Part shown: positions 1-12,170 of the stretch, one piece after another
Position numbering within the stretch: position 1 is the stretch's first letter
How the letters are laid out: the number at the start of each line of letters is the position of its first letter
DNA from: Camelus ferus
Lineage: Eukaryota
DNA: 64,000 nt
Assembly (NCBI RefSeq): GCF_009834535.1
Contig: NC_045696.1
Location: 69,876,001-69,940,000, forward strand
Direction of reading: 5' to 3'
Program-made: the position numbers and the translations under genes
The notes under the pieces: model-generated
Seen by the model: the letters and a program-made list of their open reading frames with translations, nothing else
Database searches by the model: none
Told to the model about the DNA's origin: nothing

Positions 1-529
1 TGCCTGAGCAAAGCTCTAGAGGGAGGAGAGAAGAGGGGTTAGGAATGTGGTGGCTTATTCCTGGAAGTTTAGAGTCCCTATTAAAATGTATTTTTCTGTA
101 GAAATGGTATTATGGGAATAATAGGTTGTATGACATGTAAGCTTTTAATGGCTTACATTATAATGGCTAGTTAGGATACTGAAGTGCAATTAAAAATTAC
201 TTTAAAATTATGTAAGTTTCCTATGGTTTTCTCTCCCTTCTTCCCACCTTGACAGTCCTACTAAAGGTGAACCTCCTGGTGAGCTGATACTGCCTGTGAA
301 AGTGATGTCAGCTCACTCTGATGCGCACCGGCTCAGTGGTCTTTACCTGGACGTCAGCAGCCGCTAGTGCCTGGCTCAGAGGACATGCCTCCCAAAACTT
401 GATGAATTAGGTTGAAGTTAAGGAAGAGAAACTTCTACATTCTCTATTTTCATTTTTGCCAATTCCTCAAGAACCTTCTTATGTTGAGCTCTTCATCAGT
501 GCTAGAATCTGGATTTATGTATTGATCCT

Positions 530-640
530 GTTATTATTCAGCAAACACTTATTGATCACCTACAGAGTGTTAGGTGCTACCAGCAGTGAACCAGAGCAAT
601 TCCATTGCCTGCTCTCTTGGAGCTTATAATCTGGTAAGAA
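530..640 (-). mobile_element. L2 LINE 3' fragment
   Basis: ttattcagcaaacacttattgatcacctac...ctcttggagcttataatctgg resembles the reverse complement of the L2 3' end. Confidence 0.6.
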
Positions 641-799
641 AAAAAGACCACTGGGTCTGGGGCAAGACTGTTCTCTAGAAATTGCTGCTACTTTAGAAAT
701 GCATAGACTGACTTTAAATTAGCCTATGTGTCTGTGGCAAAATCTCTTCTTACCTTGAATATCAGTGATGAAAACGTGACTTTTATAGTTATTCAGAGT

Positions 800-904
800 G
801 GGGAGGGTATAGCTCAGTGGTAGAGTACGTGCCTAGCACGGGCAAGGTCCTGGGTTCAATCCCCAGTACCTCCATTTAAAAAGAAAAAGGAAAGAAGAAA
901 GTAA
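800..904 (+). mobile_element. tRNA-Ala-derived SINE (camelid Vic-1-like)
   Basis: GGGGAGGGTATAGCTCAGTGGTAGAG (A box) ... GGTTCAATCCCC (B box) ... ACCTCCA, then an A-rich tail. TSD TATAGTTATTCAGA at 784-797 and 905-918. Confidence 0.88.
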
Positions 905-1772
905 TATAGTTATTCAGAATTGTCCCTAAATTAATGAAAAACATGATGTGGGCAGTTTGCTTTTATACAGTCTTTGATTAGAGAGTGATTCTTACTTACC
1001 TTCTTTTAAAATAGGTCTTAAAATAGTAATCTGAGATATTGAACAGCTTTTCCCAAATATTATACTAATTATTAATTTTCTGAGTTTTCTATTAAGGCAG
1101 ACTATCAGTTTTCCTTGTGCCTGGTGATTAATTTAGTTGCATATTATTTCTATTCATAGCTCCTCAATCCTAGGTAAAATTGAGAGTATTTAACGGTGAG
1201 TAGCTTCATTTAGTTTCACATGGAAAAAAATTAAATCATGAGAAGGAAAGGTTAAGAAAATAATAATACAACAAAACTAGTAAAATAAAAGGTGATTGTA
1301 CTGGGAGAAAATGAAATTTTTCTCCTGGTATTTGTGGTGCAAGATTTCTTTCTATAGATTATGTAATTTACATGAGCTATTTGAAGGGATTACGTTCTTA
1401 ACAGTCCCCTTAAAGCTCTTTATTATTGAAAAAAGGCCTGAAGCCTTTTTTCACGCTTGTTTCATGATGCTCTATAAAATGTAAAGGGATTTTCAAGATA
1501 AAAATAATTCTATTTGAGGATTTGGGGGGTACTCACCTCTGTCTAAAAACAAAAATGCTTAAACAGTACATTATGTCAGATCTGCCTGTTTAAGAGATTT
1601 GAGCACACCTGGTAGCAAAGAGGTTTAACCTAGTTTCTCAGATGAAAACTCGAGGTGGAGGAAGGATGAGGAACAGTCCAGGGTGAGCCTCGGAGCTGGT
1701 TACCTTTAGCCTACTTTCTCTGGGATGACGCACTTTATCCTCACAGGGCAGGCAGATTCCTCAGCCCATGCA

Positions 1773-2200
1773 TTAAGATTCCTGGTTGCAGGTAGCAAAA
1801 ACTCACTTCATCTAGCTTAAACGAAAGGTGGGGTACTATTTTGCCTACTTAACCACACCGCAGGATGAGCTGAGTGAAGTGGACTTTACGGATGTTGAGA
1901 ACTAGGAACTGGAACACAGCGTGTATCTGTTTGGCTTCTCCGTACTTTCTCTCCACCTTTTGTTCTATGTCTATTTTTCAGTGTAGGCTTCATTCTTCTC
2001 TTACCGCACATGGGCTTCCTCTACATGGAAGGTAGTACCATGGTCAGTGCCAATCTATAAATGCCTTTATAGCCTATGATCTGGGAGGAAACAGTATCCT
2101 TTCCCCCAGGGAAAATTGATTGGCCCAGCTTAGGTCATGTGCCCAGGATAGTTCATACAGCCAAGGGGATGAGATAGGCTGGTGTCACATGCCCAGGGAG
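1773..2200. mobile_element. MaLR solo LTR (MLT1K/J-like), degraded
   Basis: ggttgcaggtagcaaaaactcac...ctagcttaaac and gattggcccagcttaggtcatgtgccc are typical MLT1J/K/L motifs. Confidence 0.6.
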
Positions 2201-2967
2201 GTCACACAGACATTGCCTTGAGGAAATTGTTATAAACAGGCAGCCACGGCAGTGGCTTTTTTCCTTTTTTAGTCCATATGGGACCCAGTTCCAACAACTG
2301 GTTAACATTCTTTCCCTCATTCATTGAAAATCTTTTAAAGTTTTTTTTCCCGTTGTTTTTGTCCAGTTCTGGACTTTATACCCAACTGAACTTTAGATTC
2401 CTCTTCCATTTTATTCTGTGTTTTCACAAGAACACAGGCTAGCACCCTGTACTTCGTGTTGTCTCGGGAATTATGGTTGATTGACTAAATGAATACCACT
2501 GGAATAAGAAAACTGAGGCATAGAATCATAAAACTTGAGCAGTGACCATCTGCCTTCAGTTTCACATATATTTACGGGGTCCCCTAAACACAAAGAACTC
2601 AGAAGGAGAAAAGGTAAGCACATCTTTGCATTTTTAAATACTGGACCCTGTTCTAGGAACTGAGGATACTGGGGTGAAACAGATAAGGAAAGTTCCCTCA
2701 TGGACCTTACATTTACATTCTCAACTAAAATGTTGACAGGCTAAGTAGAATGCCAAATTTCTTTGATTTTTGAATAAAATCATATGAGTTTAGAGCTTCT
2801 TTTTTAAGAATGGGCTGACCCACGAATGGGTCCGAAGCTCCAATTGCTGATACATACCTTGGGACAACTGTTTAAGAAGCAGAACAAATTATTAGTAAAT
2901 GATGTTTGTTTAGCAGATAAAATCTTTTGAAATATGGCATCTGTTGTAGAAAATAAAAGGAGTCCTT

Positions 2968-3150
2968 GGTAGTGAGAACGACTAAGAGCTCCTTATTTTA
3001 AACTGACAGACTAGGATTCAAACCTCAGCACCCCACTTGCTAGCTTTGTAACTCGGGCAAGTTGTCAGAGCTCTTTCAGCATCACGTTTTTTAGCTATAA
3101 AATGAAGATATCCTACTTTATGTAGTTTTGGGGTGAGTTTTAAATGAAAG
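2968..3150 (+). mobile_element. MIR SINE
   Basis: gactaggattcaaacctcagcaccccacttgctagctttgtaactcgggcaagtt...ctataaaatgaagata matches the MIR core. Confidence 0.7.
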
Positions 3151-3175
3151 TTTTAAAAAGTTAACTTTAAAAAAA

Positions 3176-3390
3176 TTTTTTTATTGTGGTAAAAATACGC
3201 ATAATATAAAATTTACCCTCTTAACCATTTTTAAGTGTACAGTTCAGTGGCATTAAGTACATTCATATTATTGTGCAACCATCACCACCATCCGTCTCCA
3301 GAACTCTTTTCATCTTGCAAAACTGAAACTCTATACCCATTAAACAATAACTCCCCATTTCCTTCTCCATCCAGCCCCTGGCAACCACCA
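3176..3390 (-). mobile_element. L1MB-type LINE-1 3' end
   Basis: ttattgtggtaaaaata...aagtgtacagttcagtggcattaagtacattca...cagcccctggcaaccacca is the reverse complement of an L1MB 3' end. Confidence 0.85.
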
Positions 3391-3454
3391 CGCTACAGTT
3401 ACTTTTTTATAAATGGTAGGATCTCAGAAAATGTTAGCTGTTATCCCTCTAGAT

Positions 3455-3678
3455 CAGGAGTCAGCAAACTCCAGCCCACAGGCCAAATTTGGCCTGTAGC
3501 CTGTTTTGGTAGGGTCCTTAAACTAAGAAAGTTTTTTATATTTTTAACGGATTGTAAAAACAAAACAAAACAAAAACAAAATAAAGAGGAATATGCCACA
3601 GAGACAGTATGTAGCCCACAAAACCTAAAATACGTATTTATTCTCTGGTCCTTTGCAGAACAAGTTTTCTGACCCCTG
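3455..3678 (+). mobile_element. hAT-Charlie MITE (MER58C-like)
   Basis: TIRs caggagtcagcaaact / ttttctgacccctg; degenerate 8-bp TSD ctctagat/ttttagat; MER58-like interior. Confidence 0.8.
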
Positions 3679-4589
3679 TTTTAGATCTTATATGTATTTT
3701 TTTTTTAATCATGGAGTCCTTTAAGAATTTGATTTAAAAATGTGTGTGTGTGTGTGTACACATGCCCTTCCATATATCTTATGGGGGTTATATGAACATC
3801 TAGCCTAGATGATGAATTCTCATTGGGGCCCTGTTGCCCATAAGGTGGTGAAATGGTTCTTGGTAGGGGAGGGGCAGTGAGAAATCTTAGATGCTATATA
3901 ATTTGCAGCCTCTGAAGGGCCAAAATATATAAACAAATATATAATATATCTCTGGTATTCAGATTTCTTGGGGGAGGGAAGGCAGCGAGGAGCAATTAGA
4001 GCAAATGTCTCCATAATTAAGCTCGTTAGGGGAATAATAATGAAAAAACATTTGAGAAACACTGCCCAGGACTGAATTCTGGAAGGCAGGATGTGTGTCT
4101 TATTAGCCTCTGAATATTCCAGCATTTAGCAGAGGATCTAGAACATTTTCTTCAATCTGTTAAATTTGTTACAGCATAGTTGAATGAATGAAACCTCTGA
4201 TCTGGTTCAGTGACCCATTCAGGCCAGAAATTGCTTTCACAGCAAACTCCACAGCACTGGAAATTAAGGGAAAAAAATTATTTTTAACCTTTAAGTAGTT
4301 TGTCAAATGATTAATCTCTGTTTTAGCAGACAGATGCTTCTTGCTTGTTAGGCTAGAATTCTTGTTTTTTCCTTAAATTCATTATTGACACAATAAAATG
4401 ATTGTAGGTGTTGGAGTGTAAAGACCTCTAACCCTAAACCTCCATGCAAGCTTGCAGCTCCCCAGTCATGTCAACTCTAAATTGAAAAGAGAACACAGGT
4501 ATACCATTATTTTATCTGAAAAATAAAGTTGGATTTAGAATATACAAATTTTGATAGAAGGCCAGTGAACTGTCAGAGACTCAGGTCAT

Positions 4590-4680
4590 CCTGATCTTGC
4601 CTCACAGGCAAGGACTGTGTCTTATGTATCTCTGAATCCCCAGTGCCTAGCATATCGTAGGTGCTTAGTGAATGTGTTTC
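4590..4680 (+). mobile_element. L2 3' end
   Basis: ggcaaggactgtgtc...tccccagtgcctagcata...gtaggtgcttagtgaatgt. Confidence 0.7.
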
Positions 4681-7600
4681 TGGTACTGGTTGTACTGGTG
4701 ATATTTCTGCACATGCCTCATTGTACCCCAGAGTTCCTTTTATTGGTAGTTTTCTTTGTTCCAACTTATTCTCACTTATAGACCCATTCCTTTAGATACA
4801 GTTCCCCCTGTCTCTCTTTGGTCCCCAGTACCAGTTGGTCTTTGTACCACTGTTCAATGAGCATAAATTACAAGGATGTGTTCAAACAGCATTCATGGCA
4901 CAGGGAAAGTCGCCATGGCATAACCAATGCTGATGTAGTAGTGCCCAGCCCTGTGGTTGGCTTACAGCATAGTGTGGTTGGTGGAGGATAATGAAAGAGG
5001 CAGTGCCAAGTTTTCATGCCTCCTGCTGGGCTGGGAGCTGGCGTCTGGAGAGAGGGACCTTCCATTCCAGCCTAGGCTCTGGGGAACAGCATAGAGATCC
5101 AGCAGGCCAGTGCTTCTCAAGTATCTCTGCCAACATACCCCTGGGGAATCAGGAAGTAGCCACCAAAGTCACCTCTGTGAACGTGAAACTTGTCTCTTGT
5201 TGCATTTTTAAACATTTCTGTGTTTCTGGAAATGTGACTCCACTGTATATGTTTTTGCTTTAATATAAACATATCAAAAATATTTTAAAATGTTACATGG
5301 AGTTGATGTTCCATAAGAATGAACTACATTCATCCCAAACCCTGAGCCCACCACTGTGTTTGGGAAGATTTACATCATAGATGGAGAAGCATAGTTGAGC
5401 TATTGCTTGGGCACAAACAGGTACTGTCTACTTTGGCCAATTAGGTCTTGGAAACAAATATGTTCACATAAAGTGATAAAAACCAAGAACCAGGTGCAAA
5501 GGCAGTGGCCTGTGATTAGAGTGACAAAGTGACAGCCCTGGTTTATGTCCCTAAGTTTGTAATCAACTGCTGGCTTGGACTCTCTGAGAACCCTTTGTCC
5601 CGCCTTCAGGGATGAGAACTCCACTTGCTGACCATGGCAGTCACAGAAGCCTGGGAGCTTCCCACCACTTTAAGTGCTTCACCTCTGCAGGGCTCCCTGC
5701 AGTCCTGGAGAGGCTCACCACTTGCTCTTTGCTGGGGGCCAGGGTGGAATTGGCCTTCCATGGCCTTCTTGGAGCAGAGGCATCAGTCTGTTTTCAAAGA
5801 GTCCTAATGTTCAGAACTTATATATGTGAAGGGCACCCTTTTATTGCTGTTCATGAAGCAAGAAGATCCACTGTTCGTTTTCAAGTATCTCCTGTGTCTC
5901 AAAATCTGAATCAAATGTATGATAACCTTTAAGCTTATCATTATGCTTTTATCCATAAACCTTCATGAATGGCCTAGTTTCACCATGATGGTGGAATTTT
6001 AGTGGAATTAAACTTGAACTAAGAATTATGTAATCAATTACAACTACTAATTGAGTCAAGCCTGTAACTTGATAACCCAAGGCCCACAGCTGACAGGTGG
6101 TTAATCCCTACTGCATAACTTCTTCATATGTGTTCCTTAAGATAGGATTTAAAACAATAATCACAACAACAAAGTTTTTCATAAAAATCTCAGGTGGGTG
6201 CTATTTGGTGACCAAGCTAGAAAGCCAAGGACTTCCACCTCCCAGCCCTCAATCTGGGCTCCTAGTCTACCTTCAGTGGAGGCTCCCCTCTACAGAAGTC
6301 CTGTAGTCTTGTGCTTTGACATACTCTAGTCACCGTGTGGACACAGTCATGCAGCTATTTTCAGACAAGACCAGTGTATCTGTGCCCATTACTTTACATT
6401 CTGAGCTTCTGGTGACAGAATAAAATTACTAGGAATAACTGGTTTTTTTTTTGATAACCACCTTGTAAGTGCTGCAGTGTAGTAGAAAGCCCTTTTCAAG
6501 GGCTGTTTCTCAAAATTCTCTAGAAATGAAATGCAAATTTTAAAAACATGGCACATTAGAGAAAGCCATGATCAAAAGATTAATTCCAATCAGAGATGAA
6601 ATGGTCAGTAAAACCTATTTCAAGACTGTCTGAAGCAAACATAGGGTGCCACTGGCCCAGTCGTATGTCAGTGTAAGAGAGAAGGGGTAGTCAGACAGAC
6701 CACTGTCGGGCGTTAGTTGTGATTTCAAGCAAGTTTTAAGCATCTTCAACCAGTTTTCACTCATCCAAAAGAAAGAGGGGGGGAAGGCTACTAATTCTCT
6801 ACATCGTTACGAAGTTTCCGGCACATAGAGGGTGTTTTTAAAAGTCCTCTCTACCAGGGCGTTCTCTTCTACTCTTCCCTCCCCAAAAGAAGGAAGGACT
6901 CATCTTACTCTTACTGGGTCAAGATTTAAATTTAGCAAGTTCCCAGAGTCAGTACATATATGTTTTAAATGGTTATGGGAAATATGCCTAATGTTTCAAA
7001 TGAGCTGTACTTGATTCATATTTTTTTAAACAATATCTAAATTCTGCCTAATCCTTAAAAGAAAAAAAAAAAGAGGGTTTTTTTTAGGCAGCTAGTTTAT
7101 TTCTTAGTCATACTGTGAGCTCCCACAGCCGTAGCCCACGAACGCAGCCCTGGTTAGAGCTCTTCTCGGGGCCGTTAATGCTTCACACCCACTAACCTCA
7201 TTTTGTACATTTCCCCAAAATAAGTGCACACATACACAATTTATGACCCAACTTTTGGGAACAATGTTAAAACAAACAAACAAAAAATTCTTAGAAAGTT
7301 GTGAGGTGCTTAAAATAGTTTGATTTTTAAATGGTTTCGGAGCTTTTCCCATAAGACTTGGTGCTTGATGCTATAAATAGAGGCATGCATATGTGTCCAG
7401 AGTAGTTCCTCTCTAGCCACAGTGCTTAAGAGGATCAAGAAGTCAGTTGTACTATCTTGATATGTAAGGTCCTGGGTGAGATTTTAACCTTGTTACATTC
7501 AAACTTCAAACAAAACAAAACAAAACAAAAAAACCGAAAGAAACCCCATTTAACTTCACAAAGTCTTTAAGTCAGATTGAGACTATTTCACATGAAAAAC

Positions 7601-8054
7601 TTCTAGGTATTTGGTCATTTCCCTTTATTAAGGGTAGACAACGAGTCTTTCCCTTTCCCTCAACTCTTTAACACTATTCACATTGTCACTAGGGTTTTTC
7701 TAATGGGCTGTGATCATTGTTAATGCTGGGAGGTGGTACATAGTATCTGTCTACTTTTATATATTTTTTCCATAGACATTAGAACAGACACCATTTTAAA
7801 AACTGAGGAGTAGCTAAAATCCATCCTTTTTCTGCTTTATGATGGGGATAGCGTGGTAGTATTTTTTTTCAGTCTCATCTTCTTTTGGGCTGGCCCAGGC
7901 AAGGTATTGGAAAAGAAACTCAAAATAAGTAAATAATTAGATATGAGATCCCCAAATTGTATATATTATTTGAATTTTAATATATCTCATGAGAGTTTCC
8001 TATCTGAAGCTATCTAAAAAACCGCCTTAAAGTGTAAGTATCATATTTAGGTAG

Positions 8055-8245
8055 GGTGGCATAGCAAGTGTGGTATAATTGAAAGGGCAGAGGACTTAGA
8101 ATCATAAAGTGGGAGCCAAGGTCTGGCTTTGCCAGCTACTATAACTAGCTAGAGGGTCCTTGGGCACATCTCCCAACCTTTCTGAGTCTGTTTCGTCAGC
8201 TATAAAATCAGGACAATACGTGCTTTACCTACCTCTTAGGATTTT
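8055..8245 (+). mobile_element. MIR SINE
   Basis: ccttgggcacatctcccaacctttctgagtctgtttcgtcagctataaaat matches the MIR core. Confidence 0.65.
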
Positions 8246-8689
8246 TTTTAAGCTATTATTATACATAGGCTTGTGAGTTATTTATTTAGCTCATGTGCAT
8301 CATCGTCTGTTGAACTAGGAACCTGGAATATGCAGCGGTAGAAACAATCACATAAATAACTTGTTCTAAAACAATCACATATATATCTTATTCTCAAATA
8401 GATCATAGACCAATGAAGGAAATACACAGAAATACACAGAAAAATGAACATACCACTTTTGAAGACACTTTTAAATAGTGCAAAATATGCACAGTACCAG
8501 CTAAATGCGTGTGTTGAAGAAAACAAAAAAAAAATGATCTGTGCAAACAAAACTCATTTCTAAATAACCTGCACTTTGTCAAAGGTCTTCAAACTTTCTG
8601 TCCATCTTCCTGTACCCTTACCCTGACCAAATTTTCTCTATATAAACTCATTTGGCATAAGAAATCCTATAGCCACTTAAAAAATATTT

Positions 8690-9240
8690 GTCCCACAAAT
8701 GATACATGAATGCATTATCCTTTCAGTAAGTAAGCAGATGGATAAAATATAATCGTCCTTTAAGTCTCCACCCTGAATCCCAGTCCCTTTCATCTCTTTC
8801 CAAATGTAGCCACTGTTTCCTTTTGGTATCTGTCCTTCCAGAACTTTTCCTTTACACATGCATATATGTATACAGAGAAAATACATAATGAAGCATTTGT
8901 TTTTCTTTTGTTTTAGACAAATATTGTTATACTAAGTGGAACATTCTGCAACTTGCTTTTTTCACTCAACAATATGTCTAGGAGAACTTTCCATGATCTG
9001 GTATATTCACTTTAATCTCTGCTGACTGCTCTGTACTGGTTTGTTTCACCATTTACCTATTGATGGGCAGTTTGGCTGTTTCCAGTTCCAAACAATGCTG
9101 TGATAGACATCTTTATAATATCCTATTTCAGCACATAGGTGAATTTTTCTCAAGTGTAAATACTGAGAAGTGGAATTTCTAGGTCATAAATTGTATACAT
9201 TTAAATTTGAGTAGTTAATGGCAGGTTGCCCTCCCAAGTG
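8690..9240 (-). mobile_element. old L1ME-type fragment
   Basis: ttctgcaacttgcttttttcactcaacaatatgtc...tattgatgggcagtttggctgtttccag...agaagtggaatttctaggtca is antisense L1M 3' region. Confidence 0.7.
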
Positions 9241-9343
9241 AAATGGACACAATTTTTCATTCTTCAGTTTCTTGCCGAGCTCCTCTGAGTCGCTTTATTA
9301 GGAAAAGCTTTGCAGAGGACAGTTATGGTGGTCTGGAGTAGAC

Positions 9344-9505
9344 CAGTGTTTCTTAAACCTTAATGTGCAGACACTACCTGGAGATTTTGTTAAAATGCAA
9401 ATTATGACTCAATAAATTTCAAGTAGGGCCTGAGATTTTGCATTTCTAATAGACTGCCAGGTGATACCGACGCTGCTAGTCAGGGACCACAGTTTGAGTA
9501 GCAAG
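9344..9505. mobile_element. MER5-family hAT MITE
   Basis: cagtgtttcttaaacct...gttaaaatgca...gggcctgagattttgcatttctaa...ggaccacagtttgagtagcaagg. Confidence 0.75.
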
Positions 9506-10959
9506 GATCTAGAAAACAGATTTCACTCCAGCATGTTTCCCTGTGTAGCCTGGAAGATACTGTTTGTAATGAGTGTGTGTCTGTGCATTAATACATAGAC
9601 ATGAGTGTGTTTCTGGAGAAAGCTGTATTTTGCCATAAGAATTTGAACTCTAATCCCAGAAGGCTTGACTAAAGTTAAATCTTGTGGCAAAACATTGATG
9701 GTTGTAGAAACTGAGTAGTGGTACATCCAGGTTTGTTGTACTATTATCTCTGCTATCGTGTGGAGCATCTTGTGGAAATGCTCATAATACAAATTCTAAA
9801 ATAGAACAAAAGATTCTTTGAAATTTGAGTTGCTTTTAAACATTTTTCAGCTTGGTACATGCTGCTATGCCTTTCTTAGGTTTCCTCTGGTAGATCATTT
9901 GGAAGTATTTTATTTTCATCAGTGGTATATTTTGACTCTGTAAGTTTTAGTTTTAATATATCCAAATATTTTTAGAAGTTTGAAAATAACTCCTGAAAGA
10001 GTTTTGTTCTGTATCTGCCTACCTGCTGCAGTCAAATCCCCCTCAGCCGATTTGTCATTCAGAGAGGATGGTGTGAAGTTTGTCAGAGACGACGATGGTT
10101 ACGTGAGAGCATGTGTGAGATCATGACAGTACTGGAGGCACTCTGGAGAGCTCTGGGGTCAGAAGACCCATGTTGATTCATCGGTGGTTACTTGGAACAC
10201 CTTTGAGCAGGATTCAGCAGAAAAAAGCTCTGTGATTAATGAGCAAAGTCTGTCATGGTGTGCTGGATTGGAGAATGATAGCATAAATGCTCTGTATTGG
10301 TTGACCTTGGCTCAGTGAAAGCACCTATTTTATAGTTGAGAAAATGAGGCATGAAGAAGTTAAATGATCTGCCTTGGGTTCGCGATGAGCAGAAGAGCTA
10401 GTACTATAATAACTAGGTATCCTGATTCCTAGTCCGGTTCTCTTTCTATCATTCCACCCTGATAATGGGTGTCTCACTATGCTGAAGGGCATTTGCATGT
10501 TGAAGCAGCTGGGTAGAGTAGAAGTTGCTGTTTACCTTTTAACTGAGCAGTCTTAGGCAAATCAGCTAATCCTGAGTCAGAGTATAGTTTCTTCTTTCGG
10601 AAGTAACTCTTTCTCTTTATACTTTGGCCACCACAAAACTCAGTGCCGAACTTGCAACTCTTCCTGTAGCAACTCTGTAGTCCCCTTTGGTCTGCGTACT
10701 TCTATTCTGATTCCATTTCCTCTCCCAACCTGCCTCTGTGTGAACTCCTAATGAAATTCCATATTTTCTTGCTCTGATTTGTTTCATTTTTATTTTGCTG
10801 TTTTAGTGTATGTCTTTACCATAAGCTGCCTCAAATATTTGTGAAACAGATGGTATATAAATAAAGAACTTTGGAATGTTTGAAAAAGTTATCATTGACA
10901 AGAATGATGAAGATGAAAATAGTGCCGAGGTTCTAAGAAAATGATGGTTTTGATATCTG

Positions 10960-11880
10960 CTCTCCTTTTCTCCCTGGTCCTCCCATCTCTCTGGCCCATC
11001 CATCTCAGTCACCTCCACCCTCTCTTTCTCTGTGGTTTTGGCTGCACCCTGAGCAGTGATGGCTCATCTCTGTCTCCAGCCTTACCTGTTTCACAGGTGC
11101 ACACCCGTGTTTGTGACTTCCCTCTTATCACATGGCTCCATCTGAATGTCCTACAGGTACCTCATCTCAACATCTTGAAAACTAAGCTCAGTATTCTCTC
11201 CCCAAGACCCTTTCTGCCTGGATCCCAGCTGCACAACCGTCTACCCCGTTGCTCCAACCAGTAACCTTGTGCTTGCTCATTTTTTTTCTCTTTCCATTCT
11301 TGAATCCTCTACAGCTAATCAGTAGCTAAGACCAGCCACTTTAACTGCTAAATATCTTTGAGGTTTTTTTTTTTTTCTCTGCTCCATCCTTTCTGTAAGA
11401 TGCTTTGAGGTTTTTAATCTATCCTTGCCCACTTAGGGGGTTTTATTATTGTAGTAATCGCCACTCAGTCTCCTTTTATTATTCCCACTCGAGCCCATTT
11501 CTTTGTCTTAAAGTCAAGGATCCACATTTATCTTCAGGCTAAGATTCAGGTTACTTAAGCCTCTCATACACTTGCCTTTGCTAAGCTTGTTAGTCTTATG
11601 TTTTGCCATTGCCCAGAAGGACCATGCCTCTCCTCCTCCTTTGGTGCCCTCCAGTCTGCTTTTTAAGGCTTGGCTCATTCTCCCTTTCTTGGACCTCTCC
11701 AGGCTTCTTGCTTCTCAAGATCCTGTACATATCTCAGTTATAACCACTCTGATAGAGTGTCCCACTTGATTGGGTGCTGTTTGAAGGTCTAGTTCGCACC
11801 TTTGAGTCCCTGTCTCCAGTGTTTAGCACCATATACATGGCACACACGGTAGGTTCTCATTAAAATGTTTGCTGAATGAA
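10960..11880 (+). mobile_element. L2 LINE fragments
   Basis: caggtacctcatctcaacatc...aaactaagctc and terminal cacacggtaggttctcattaaaatgtttgctgaatgaa. Confidence 0.6.
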
Positions 11881-11919
11881 GGCATTGCAATTCTTGGAAT
11901 TCTTTTAGGAAACACTAGT

Positions 11920-12170
11920 GATAATAATCACATCAACAGCTATTACTACCATCATTTACATGAGCCTTACATGCCAGGTGCTGTTCTAAATGCTTTACAT
12001 GTTTATCTCATGTGATAGCTGCATAACCCTGTGCAGTCCAGGACTGTTAAATTATCCTTACTTTACAAACGAAAAAAACTGAGGTACAGAGCTTAAGTAA
12101 CTTGCTAGAGTTTACCGGTAAGTGGTGGAGCCAAGATACAATCCCAGGCTCTCTCTTCACCACCTTTATA
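11920..12170 (-). mobile_element. MIR SINE
   Basis: atgccaggtgctgttctaaatgctttaca...aaactgaggtacagagcttaagtaacttgc...gtggagcc. Confidence 0.75.

Noticed and set aside
800..874. tRNA-Ala-like gene
   Set aside because: A-rich tail, TSDs and a degenerate anticodon arm mark it as a SINE.
1427..1453. Rho-independent terminator or histone stem-loop look-alike
   Set aside because: The context is mammalian non-coding DNA, and it does not match the histone 6-bp stem/4-nt loop consensus.
1537..1542. MICU1 as host gene (ACAGAG encodes TE, like a MICU1 microexon I recall)
   Set aside because: I found no MICU1 coding exons on the minus strand in the 62 kb upstream, and 6 nt cannot identify a gene.
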